Below, in pieces: positions 23,913-35,074 of a stretch of 64,000 bases of DNA. The position numbers were made by a program, and so were the translations under genes. The stretch is from Vitrella brassicaformis CCMP3155 (lineage: Eukaryota; Protista; Chromerida): NCBI GenBank assembly GCA_001179505.1, contig CDMY01000343.1:1-64000 (forward strand), read 5' to 3'. Numbering within the stretch: the first letter of the stretch is position 1; the number at the start of each line of letters is the position of its first letter. The notes beneath the pieces were generated by a model. The model saw only the letters and a list, made by a program, of their open reading frames with translations, had not been told where the DNA came from and made no database searches.

Positions 23913-25297
23913 TCATGCAAAGGTGCTCCGGTAGAACTTCAGCTCTTCAATGCTCTCGCGAATGTCCTCCTGCACGCACAGCACAAAACAGCCACACAGA
24001 CAGACAGACAGACGCGTAAAGAAAGGCCTGTGGCACATCTGGTGGTGGGTGCGTAGCATATGTACCAGTGCTCTGTGTCGGCCTTTCTTCAGAGGTGGAG
24101 TCAGGGCTGCTTATTGACGGACAAACCAGCGAGCGACACAGAGACCGGCCATGGCATGGCAGCGCAGCGCACACGAACATCAAAGGCCTCTGTGTGTACC
24201 TGCCTGCCTGCCTACCTGGGTACCACCTCCTGCAGAGCTCCTTCACCGTGCTCACGTCGACAATCCTGCAGCAAAGCAAGACGCAAACAAATCAACAGAC
24301 GAACCGAACGAGCCATGACATACCCCTGCCTTGCAAGGTAAGCATCCGCCCGGCCGGCTCGCTTGGTGCATCTGTCCGTCTGTCTGTCTGTCTGTCGGTT
24401 GGTAGGTCCCTCACCCCCCCAGGTGACCTGTAGTGTAGGTATCGTTCCAGCTTGGGCATGTCCTTCACCAGAAACCTCCTGTCCACATGCACACTGTTGC
24501 CCGCCTGCACACACACCCACACACACACCAACAGCAGCAAGCCACAGAGAGACCAGGTAGACCATTCAGCAGCCAGCCGCCGATGCCCTCCCTCCCCGGC
24601 TGCCCACCGCACCAGCGGCGCCTCTCTCTCCTGGGCGTACTGTCGGATGAAGGCAAGAATCTGCTCCTCGGCGTCTGAAAGGCTCATCGTCGACTTGCGC
24701 ACTTTATCAGTCAGACCTGCCATGAGTGCCATCCATTCCAGCAACAGCAGCAGCATGGTGGTTGGTGCACCACTCGTCCATGGAGTCCAGGAGCGAGTCA
24801 GGGGCATGAATCACGAGATCTGGACCCTGAATGACATCGAACGAACAAACAAACGAACACACACACAACAACGCACACATTACATAAGCCTCCTCCGGTC
24901 AGCCATGCCATCCATGTACAGTGCGCACCTCGATGACTCGTTCGAGCTGCCCATCCGTCACCAAAACAGCCGCCTCAATTACCATGTCCTTCGCCGTATC
25001 GAGGCCCGTCATCTCCAGATCTATCCACACCAAGGGCGACTCCAGCCGCTCCGGAGAAGCCTGGCCCGTGTTCATCTGCAGGCCTTGAGAGGGTATCGCT
25101 GTGCTGCTACTGCTGCTGCTGCAGAGCAGCGTCCTGAGTTTGCTGATCAGCTTGCCGGTGCGGCAGGCAACGGGAATGAGTCGCGGGAAGGCCAGCACAA
25201 CGGAGTGGCACAGGATACAGAGGAAGACGCTCAGCACATCTGTCGACCTGCACCTGCGAGCTAAGCGGCGAGGCCTTCCTTCCTGGCCGTTTGTCAC
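23913..25297 (-). CDS. orn: Oligoribonuclease (Orn/REXO2, DEDDh exonuclease); one splice junction appears broken in this assembly
   Basis: [41 protein letters not shown]|[16 protein letters not shown] and HRAL|[14 protein letters not shown]. The start codon is uncertain. Confidence 0.9.
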
Positions 25298-25457
25298 CTT
25301 GGAGCGGCCAAATGTCTGTGAGTGGCCGTGAGCTCAGTAGGAGCAGAGTGAAGCGACGTTTGGACGAGGACCCGTCCAGCTGGCAGGGATGCCGAGGAGA
25401 TGGTGAGGAGCGCCGCGTGACCAGGTGGGTGAGAAGATGATGGTCTGCTGATGGCAG

Positions 25458-26783
25458 ATGCCGACCCACCTGCCACCGAAGCGGCCGCGCTGTGGGTGGC
25501 AGGGACACGTTAACCAAGCCGGCGGCAGACGATGGTGAGAGATGGCAGACTGCAGGCCGGCAGACACACGTCCATTCAGCTTCTTTGTACGTCATGTGTG
25601 TATGCAGGCACCGCCAGCACCCTGACGTCCACGACGTTGCACCATCGTCCACCAAGAGCAACTCCCTCTACCAGCTGCCCCCCACGGACAACGACGGTCC
25701 GACCATGCCCATGCCCCTGGTAGAGATCAAGACAGAGCCGGACCGCTCGAGGCCCACCAGGATCATCAACAAACTCAACAAACACAACACCGACGTCCAA
25801 CAGCAAGACCAACTTCACCAATACCAGCACTACTACCACCACCACCAGCACCAGCAGCAGCAGCAGCAGTCGGTGCAGGGAGGTGGCGATGGGAGCACAC
25901 CGGGATCGTGTTTGTTTTCGGTGGATCCAGGGGTTGGCGACGAGCAGGTGCGGCAGATGTTGGGGTTCTCTGTCGACGTGTCCCGCACCATCGACGCGGC
26001 CGGGTGGACGTGCGAGATGGACGTGTGGCGCAGCGTTGTGCAGATCGGATCACCAGGTGGTTGGGTGTGAGGGTGAGGAAGGGGGTGGGGGGTGGGCGGC
26101 AGGAGATGCCGTGGGTTTCTGTGTCCGCCAGCTCAGATTTGCTGGGTTTCTTTGACGCCATCGACTATGAGGATACCGCTCTGGGCCTCGTCACGATGGC
26201 CGGTAGGCTCGGACGGCAGGGCGGCAGGCACGCAACACAATCAATGCCTTCATGCGACAAGATCTGCCTGTCTGCCTGCTGTCAGTTGAGCGTTTGGTTC
26301 GTCGCGAGGCCCTGCTGCTGGTGATAGACCATATGCCGGGCAAGGACGAGGCACACAGCGGAAACGCTGTCGTGGACAACGCAAAAACCGTCAAACTAGT
26401 TGGTATACATAGATGCATTGACGCGCGCACACGTCTCTGTCTGCCTGGACGTCTGTGCGTGTGTGTGTATGTGTGTGTGTGGACACACAGCGATATTAAT
26501 CGGCTGTATACTGGAGATCTGGCAGTTGCAGAAGAGTGTCGACCCCAGTCTGCTCGCCCGCATCGCTATCGTACTGAGGGGTGAGTGAACAGTACACGGA
26601 CGCGCACACATACACCAGACAGAGAGACACAGATGTGTCCACGCACCAGGTCGCGGTGTGGGTCGCAAGATGCGCGCGGGGATGTACAAGGTGCGCATCC
26701 AGCCCCTCGAGGCCAGCCAGTCATCCTCCAGTATGCTGGCCGCCCAGGCCTCCTCGAGCCGTCCATCAAACACGACTGACTGA
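25458..26783 (+). CDS. Hypothetical protein with NLS-like PPKRPR and a Q/H-rich tract, about 6 exons
   Basis: MPTHLPPKRPRC... joins by a phase-2 intron to the Q/H-rich exon. Four consecutive phase-1 introns then give DLLGFFDAIDYED..., VERLVRREALLLVID..., AILIGCILEIW... and GRGVGRKMRAG...NTTD*. Confidence 0.7.
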
Positions 26784-27457
26784 ATGAATCAATCACCGAA
26801 GTGTATGTGAGACGGCGGCAGTGGTGTAGACAGGCAGATCATGATGCGGGGGTAGGCAGCCAACTAGTTAGTGGGTTGGTAGAAGTAGATGACAGTCGCG
26901 GTCTTTGGGCCATGTGTGGTGGTGGCCCAAAGACATAGGACGCTTCCAATATGCATTTGCATCTTTCATTCATCAACGTGCCCCTCATGAAAAGTCACAC
27001 CCACACCCACACCCACACGGTCCCATCTTTCTCCTCCTCCACAGACTACCACAAACTACCACACACGCACGATGTCTCACTACACACACATGACGCTGCG
27101 GCAATTCGACGCGCGAGAAGCCACCAGTTGCCGATTCGTGTCGCAGATCAGTGAGCCCAGTTGCCGATTCGGGTTGTGTGCGGATTGGCGGCTTTGACAG
27201 ACGCACCACACATGATGCAGACGGACAGACGGACAGACAGACAGACAGACACGCTTGGTGTGACGTATACACCGCTTTACACATTAGCACAGTGATCGAT
27301 CGATCGATCGATCATTCAGAAGCAAAGCGCTCTCCTTTTGCCGTGTGTTTGGCGCTGTTGATTAGCTGATTGATCCATCGGCACGCCCCACTCGATAGGC
27401 ACTCACCCATCCGTCTGTCGGCCATCCGTCGATCGAGTTTGTGTGAGTGAGCGAGCC

Positions 27458-27675
27458 ATGGTGAAGGCGTCATCCAAGAGCACGACGGCCAGCAAGGGCA
27501 AGACGGGCAAGGGCAAGACGGGCAAGGGCAAGACGGGCAAGGGCAAGACGGGCAAGGGCAGCACCAAGAAAGCGGGACCCACCAAGAATGCAGGTAACAC
27601 ACACTAACACACTGACAGACAGACACAGACAGACAGAGACAGACAGACACCCAGACAGACGAACAGACGGGTTCA

Positions 27676-27710
<35 letters not shown>

Positions 27711-28229
27711 TCTGGTGCAGACGTGTTCTCCTCGACGACAGTCCGAAAGACCAGACTGATCTCAGACGATCACGACTTTGCTTCAGCTTCCGATCGTGAG
27801 AGAGACACACACACACGTACACACACACACACACACGCACAAATGATTGTGTCTTGTGTGTCGCAGGCAAGAAGTACGTACCCCCACGCCACTTGCTTCC
27901 GCTGTGTGGCGTGTGTGTGTGTGTGCAGGTTTGCAGACTTCGAGACCGCCAAACTGCCAGAGTTCCAGTGGCACGACTACGCCAAAGTCCTGCACATGGT
28001 ACCGACACCCATCCCCCCCCCACGCACGTGCCACATATATGTGCGCGCGTACTCATTTTCTCTCTCTGTGCAGCTCAACGAAGGTCGGCAGCAACCTTTC
28101 AGTGCGGTCACATTCGAGGCTGGCATGCGCCGTCTAAACCAGACGAACTATTACCACATGTGTGTGCACGCACACACACACACACACACAGAGTGCGCGC
28201 AGATGGTGGGGTGGCCACGTGCGCAATGG

Positions 28230-28263
<34 letters not shown>

Positions 28264-28319
28264 TGTGTGTCAGAGACGAAGGTAACAAGACGTTGGCGGT
28301 GATCAAGCCTCGTCTCTGA
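27458..28319 (+). CDS. Small basic protein (~140 aa) with KGKTG-repeat N-terminal tail, 6 exons including a 7-nt microexon
   Basis: MVKASSKSTTASKGKTGKGKTGKGKTGKGKTGKGSTKKAGPTKNA|DVFSS...SD|RKK|FADFETAKLPEFQWHDYAKVLHM|LNEGRQQPFSAVTFEAGMRRLNQTNYYH|IDEGNKTLAVIKPRL*. All intron phases are consistent. Confidence 0.8.
27492..27560 (+). repeat. Coding 15-bp tandem repeat (GCAAGGGCAAGACGG)x4.5 encoding KGKTG
   Basis: Directly visible perfect tandem repeat. Confidence 0.95.
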
Positions 28320-28630
28320 CTGACTGCCTCTCAGCCTGTCATAGCCTAGCCAACTGACTTATCGTCACTGACTGATGTGGATGTGCATGAGTGGACAAGC
28401 GTATGGTCATTCATTTCATCAACGTGTCCCTCATGCAATGTCACACCCACACCACCATCACCATCACCCACGCGCTAGCTACGAAGCGAGGCTTCCGCGA
28501 CTTCCATCCATCCATCCCTCCCCACGCAGTGCAGTCAATTGCACGTGTGTGGATCGATCATGTGCCATACTGTTTCCTCTCGAAGGCCGCCCGCTGCCTC
28601 TCACGCAGCTCCTCACGGTCCCTCTCACAC

Positions 28631-29040
28631 TCAACTATCAGCAGCCGACCGCACCACACACCTTGCCCCTCCTCTGGCCCTTGCGCTTGCTGCACCTCTC
28701 CCTCTCCCTCTCCCTCTCGGCCTGATGTTGCCCTGTTGATCAGATTCCTCTCTTGGCCGCTCGATGTCCATCGTGTCCTGCCCCTCCTCCCCTTTATCTG
28801 TGATCATGGCGGCATCGCCCTTGGCCTCCCGTATGGCCCGCCGCATCCACTGCAGCAGGCTCTGCTGCCGACGCCGCCGCCTGCTGCCCGATCCACTGCC
28901 GCCGTCACGAAAGGACTGCCACTTGGATACGTCGCGGACCGCAATGATGGGCCGGTGGCGAGAGAGATACAGCACCCGGTAGGGCGGGGTACGGCGGGAC
29001 CTTCGTTGAGGCCGCCGTCCACCGTAGGGGCCGTGTGTGG
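28631..29040 (-). pseudogene. Orphan 3' coding fragment (RG-rich) without a recognisable 5' part
   Basis: Open frame ...QSLLQWMRRAIREAKGDAAMITDKGEEGQDTMDIERPREE...RPRGRGRGRG...*. Upstream it abuts the duplicated esterase block at about 29055. Confidence 0.45.
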
Positions 29041-29054
29041 TAGACCCGGCACAC

Positions 29055-29605
29055 ACACACACCCCGTCGACGCCTCACCTCTCGATGCTCGTGTGTGTTT
29101 GAGCAGACTTCGACCAGTTCAACGGTCCACATGCAGTGGGTCCAGGGGCGGTGGACAAGTTCTTTGCCAAGGTGCTCGAGGCAGACAGGGCAAAGACACG
29201 ATGAGCAGACGGGTTAATGATCGACAGAATTGGCGGCAGCGGAGGGCTGCCTGGGCCTGGTGGCCGTGTGTATACGGACGAAGAGGGCGCGTTTTGCCTG
29301 TGGGTGGCCTTTCCTGTGTTTGTGTGGCTCTCTATCGCTCATGACTTGACTAGCTGAATCGACTGCGTGGGACCACACGACCGTCTTATGTGTGAGATGC
29401 ATGGTGTCCTGTTTTCATCGATACTTGATCGCATTAAGGCTGCACGAAGGAGGAGCCAAGTGGAGGAGATGGCAGGCCGAAAACAGGCGGGGTCGGGTTT
29501 GTCTCGGATTCTCGCCATTCTCGTCCGACTCGCCCAAACTTTCTGGAGGGGGCACTGTGGGCTGAGACGGCCGTCTCCATCAACGAGACTTGACGGTGGA
29601 TCATG
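29055..29605 (+). repeat. Segmental duplicate of 23304-23917 (last exon and 3' flank of the carboxylesterase gene)
   Basis: 29055-29434 is near-identical to 23304-23675. A second, more diverged patch 29552-29605 matches 23861-23917; the intervening sequence is unrelated. Confidence 0.95.
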
Positions 29606-32600
29606 ACTACAATCAGTGCACTGGCTGCTGCAGAAGCTGGAGAGCCCGAGGAAAGGGGGCATATAGAGGTCTGTCTGTCCGTCTGCACCACCGACTACGT
29701 GCGGCCACACTAAACCTCGTGTGTGGTGTGCTTTCTTCTGCTCCAGGCTGACCATCTTTCGGCCTCTGTGGCCTTCCACGGGACCCCGCGGACAACAGAG
29801 AGGTATGGCAATGCACGGGGCATGCACCTTACCGATGGCATTGTGCCGTTGGGTGTCCCTCAGAGACCAGGAGAGCGGCCACACCTTCTCGACACAAGTA
29901 CCTTCAGCCCAAAGGCTGTTTGTGTGCCCGCACGCGCCCTTGCGTTGTTATCGTGTGCAGTTTGATGTGTTGTTCGGTGCCGTGATCGTGCTGAATGCGG
30001 TGATAATTGGAGTGGAGGTGGACTGGGGCAAAAAGATGAAGGAGGGAAAGGGCAGGCGGTACGCGACATGGCATTGCATCATCCGCATGGACGCACACGT
30101 GCATGTCTGATTGGGTGTTGGGTATTGGTTGGTGTCTCGTCTGTCTGCCAGAGAGCTCCATTGGTTCGTCCTCGAGGTCAGGAAGGAGACATGACCACCC
30201 AGCACAAACATATGCATACGTACAAGGCCTCAATCGTCTGTGTGGTCATAAATCGCTCCGGAGAACATCTTTGCAGCGGTGTTCTTTCTCGAGTTTGTGT
30301 TGCGGTATCGTGTGCTGCGAAACATGTACTTCAGGGACGCGTGGAACTGTACGCTGTCAATGCGATTGTTCTACACTTACTTGCCAGCAGTCCGTTTAAT
30401 GTTTGTGTGTCAGGCTTCGATTTCTTTCTGGTGGTGGTCGCTGCTGTCGATGTGTGGGTGCTCACGGTGAGCTAGACAGGGTGTCCATTCGCAATGGACA
30501 CGTGTGTGCGCTTGCGTCCCTTCTGTGCCTTCAGTGGATCATGGAGACAACAGCAAGCGCTATTCGGGTACGCGAACTGCGCACTGACGGATGTGATCAG
30601 ATTTTGTGGTTGGGTGTTCGTGTGTGTGCAAGTGTTGACGCTTCTGCGTATTGTGCGTCTGTTTCGGCTTGCAAGACTGGTCAGGCTCTTCAGAATTTTC
30701 AAGGAGCTGTGGTACGCCGCGCCAACCACACACGCGACTGCATCGGTCCGTCCGTGTGCACGTGTGTCCACCGATTGCGTTGCATTGCAGGTTGTTGATG
30801 AGCGGCCTGGTGACGTCGATGAGGACCCTTTCGTGGGTGGGCCTCCTGCTGTTCCTCTTCCTATACATATCTGCCATATTGTAACCACACACAGACAGCA
30901 CAGCACAGCACAGAGCTCAATTGTACATCTTTGTTTGTGTGCACATGTGTGTGTCTTCTGTGGGTGCATTTGCTCGGCAGTGTGACACAGATTGTCAAGC
31001 AATCGTCGGAATTTGAAGGAGATGAAGAGGTACATAGGCTGGGTGGCTGGGTGGGTGGGTGGGAGACACACACCTTTGCGCACCAATATGCCACAGGTCC
31101 GCGATCTGTGGGGCACGGTGCCCCGCTCGATGTAGGTCTGGGAAGGAGAGACACACTGGCGCACATTGCCTGGTCTGTGTGTGTGTATGTGTGTGTGTGT
31201 GTGTGTGTGCGTAGGTTCACGCTGTTCCAAGTCATGACGATGGCCGACTGGGCAGGTAGACAAAGAAGCAATGCGGTGGTGTGCATCATTCGTCGATGTG
31301 AGCATACGTCTACGCAGAGCCGGTCCGTCACGTCATGACCAAGATGCCCTGGCTCGCAGCATTCTTCATCCTCTTCATCGGGTACGTCCCCACACCGACA
31401 ACATACGGCAACACACTTGCCTGTGTCTTGTCAGTGTGACTGCTTTCGCCATCATGAACCTGGTCATCGGCATCATCTGCGAAAGCACTCTCTCGGCCGT
31501 CAACAACGACGAACGAGAGGTCAGTCAGCCATTTATTCCAGAAGGACAACTATGTATGTGCCAAAGGTGTCTGCGATCAGGTGAACCTGAAGTTGGAAGA
31601 GGAGTGGCGGACGTTGCTGGAATCGCTCCACGACATATTCGACACCATGAACCACAATGTACCAATCGAGATGTCAGCCGCTGGGCCATAGACGGCAGAT
31701 GTGTGTGTGTGTTGTGTGCGGCGCAGAGCGACGGGGCCATCTCTCGTGACGACTTTCTCGATGCACTGCAAGACGACAAAGTCATGATAGACAGAGGCAC
31801 ACATAAAAGCACGGTCTCATTGCTGGCTCTTCGTGCAGGTGGTCGGCCGCTTGCTGGCTGTTGGAATTGAGGTGGTCGATGCGGAGGAGCTCTATGACGT
31901 GCTCGACGCCAACGGTATGCCATGCGCACACACGCACAGGACCGATCGGCCGATCGGTTCCTGTGCCCTGTGTGTGTGTCAGGCGATGGCGTGATCAGTC
32001 TGGATGAGTTCATCGACGGCTGCGTCCGTCTCAAGGTGCGCCAGAGCGAGAAACAGAGAGACACTTGGACGTGCGCTGTCTCTCTCTGGTGTGCAGGGTG
32101 CGCCCAAGTCAGTGAACCTGCTGGCGGTGCAGTGCGACCAGCGCAACATCAAGCGAAGGCTGGTTCACCTCGAGAAACGACTCGACACGCTCATCGCCGC
32201 CGCGGTGCAGTGCGTCGCCACCCGCACAAAAGGGGGCGACCGTCGTCAGACTCAAGCAGCCGATGACGACGCCGCACAAGACAACAAAGACAGCAGCAGC
32301 AGCAGCAGCAGCATTGGCGGAGAACCAGAACCGGGCGAGAAAACACACCCAGAGGTGCTGCGCCATGACATCTGTGACCGATTTGCCGATGCTCGAACGT
32401 CTGTTGTGCTGTGTCTCATGTCTCAGAAGGGGCGCACGGCAATCGGCGCCGGCAAGGGCGTCGATTTCACCCATCAGTGGCTCAAGCGCAGCCGCACCGA
32501 CCATCACCACCACCACCACCGTCAGCACAGCAGCAGCAGCAGCAGCAACGATGACGACCCAATCAAGCGCGCCTCCACCACCACCGACAATCTGCAAGGC

Positions 32601-32888
32601 AGCATCCAGCTCTCCCTCTCCCAACCGCCCTGCCCTGCCATCGACACCGAAGCGATGCACACACACACGTGCGAAGGGCTGCATGAGAGCGGCCATGGAA
32701 TGGGTGTGTCGATGCGGGCGTCTCCGTCGGATGGAGACATGCACCCGCCCAACTCGCCGCCGCGGTCTGAGCCGACGTGTGCAGATGCACCTAATGCAGA
32801 TGGTGGCATGACGGTCGATTATGACGTGGGAGAAGGCCGTGGGTCTCGGCGTGTGTCCGTCGGATTGCCTCATGTAGACGAGCGGTGA
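29603..32888 (+). CDS. Single-domain 6TM voltage-gated cation channel (BacNav/EukCat-like) with two C-terminal EF hands
   Basis: S1 FDVLFGAVIVLNAVIIGVE, S2 LENIFAAVFFLEFVLR, S4 LRIVRLFRLARLVRLFR, S5, pore WGTVPRSMFTLFQVMTMADWA, S6 FFILFIGVTAFAIMNLVIGII. EF loops NHN|SDGAISRDDF and DAN|GDGVISLDEF. About 17 exons. Confidence 0.9.
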
Positions 32889-33590
32889 GGGTGTGTGTGG
32901 GAGTCGATGGAGGGATGGATGGATGGATGGTCTTTGGACGGCACAACAGAGACAGGAGCAACGCCACTCGTCCGACAAGACGTTTGTGGTTAGTATGTGG
33001 CGGCGTTGGTGGAGCGTAGCTTTTCGCTGCTCAACGACCGGCCATCTCTCGTAGACTGAAGGAGCGAATCAACGAACGAACGAACGAACGAGCCATTCAT
33101 GTAGGCATGCAGCAGGTAGTGGTGTGTGTGTAGTGTACCTCACGTAGTTGCCAGCAGTCAGCAAACACGCATGGCATGGACACATCGATGCAGTGGGCAG
33201 TGGGCGAGTGGGTGCGGTCACTCTCATGGAACACATATGCATATGGATGGATGGATGGATGCATCACATGTAGCTTGAAACGACGAATGACATGCAGGTA
33301 GGGTAGAGGTGGTGTACAGGAGTGAGTGTATCATGGTGGTGGTGTACACATACAGCCTTTGCTCACCCGCAGTGAGTGTGTACTGATGGCAAAAAACGAC
33401 ATAACATAACACAACACAAAACACACGTGCATTCACGAATCATTCCATCGATGGATGGATAAACTGACCGCACACATAGGCAGGGCAGGCACGCAGACGG
33501 ACACGAATCGATGGGTGCATGTTCCTCCAAAAACTGCCACTAGTAAATAAAGATGACCGACAAGAGCTCACTCCTCCCACCCCCAGGCCC

Positions 33591-33890
33591 NNNNNNNNNN
33601 NNNNNNNNNNNNNNNNNNNNNNNNNNNNNNNNNNNNNNNNNNNNNNNNNNNNNNNNNNNNNNNNNNNNNNNNNNNNNNNNNNNNNNNNNNNNNNNNNNNN
33701 NNNNNNNNNNNNNNNNNNNNNNNNNNNNNNNNNNNNNNNNNNNNNNNNNNNNNNNNNNNNNNNNNNNNNNNNNNNNNNNNNNNNNNNNNNNNNNNNNNNN
33801 NNNNNNNNNNNNNNNNNNNNNNNNNNNNNNNNNNNNNNNNNNNNNNNNNNNNNNNNNNNNNNNNNNNNNNNNNNNNNNNNNNNNNNNNNN
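33591..33890. other. Assembly gap (300 N)
   Basis: Run of N in an intergenic region. Confidence 1.
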
Positions 33891-35074
33891 GCACCCAGCA
33901 CCCCCCACCAGCTCGCTCGCACATACACACACACACACATCAGTCGACTGATAAAGTTTCCGTCCCAACCAGCCCAACCAAACAGCGCCCACGCAGCGAT
34001 GCAGCCAGCCAGAGAGAACCAGCAAGACGAGACGCTCTCACACACCGATAGATACATTTACAGCAGAAAAGACACACAGACGAACAACACAAATTGCCGA
34101 CACGCACACGCACACTTACACGCACACGACGTTGTCTCCAGGCAGTTAGAGAGTAGAAAGAGAGGCATGCACACTCAGCACACAGCAGGCAGTCAGTCAG
34201 TCAGGCAGGCAGGCATCAATGACACACGGGGGAACAAATCAAATGAGTGCGATGCATGAGATGGGATACCACACACACACACATAGTTAGACACACATGG
34301 ATAAGAGAACCACGAATACGCTGCAACCTCCCATACACGCCCCTCCACGCCACGCCACACCAGATCGCACCACAGCACAGCAGAGCACCGTCTGTCTGCC
34401 AATTTCCCCTCCCCACCTGCCTGTCTGCCTGGCTGCACACATGGGCTTTCTGTCCGCCCCTCGCCCCCACCACACCCTTGTCAGGCTGCAGCACCCAACA
34501 CCGCTGAGGTGCAGAGACGGGCAGCGAGGAATCCCACGTGCAACACGCAGGCAGGCAGGCACCCACCACACAAAGATGATGGACGATACACAACGGCTGG
34601 CGCCAGCTCACCTCACTCCAACCAGCCAGGGCGCTCTCTCTCTCTCTCGTGTCTTTCTTGCATGTGCAAAAACGGAAACATAAAACAGATGAGGACGGAC
34701 TGCGATACTCACTCACTCAGCTAGCAGCACGCTCCCTCCCTCCTCTCTGCTGCGTGCAGCCCACGACCAGCTGTCACGCAGCGGCAGGATCGCCCCAATG
34801 AACAAACACCGCGGCGCGCCCATGAAAGCACCTAGGCAGGTCCAGAGACAGAGAGGCATCCACTCTCATCCCCCACCACAGACAGCGAGACATCTAGACT
34901 CAGACAGACAGATGGAAAGGAAATGCCCTCTCCCAACACCCTCCCTCACCCACGATGACAGACAGACAGCCAGAGAGTCAGCCAGTAAGGACTTAAACTA
35001 CACGCCGTGTGCGCCACACACGGGGACGGGCCACACACATCACATCACATCACACCACGCCGCACCAGGCCGCA

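Noticed and set aside
27458-28319. DVNP (dinoflagellate/viral nucleoprotein) identity for the basic protein
   Set aside because: The recalled DVNP core motifs (KTxGGL, DLxKNKxGKxVSK) are absent.
33440-34259. Long ORFs spanning the N run
   Set aside because: Artefacts of reading through the 300-N gap.
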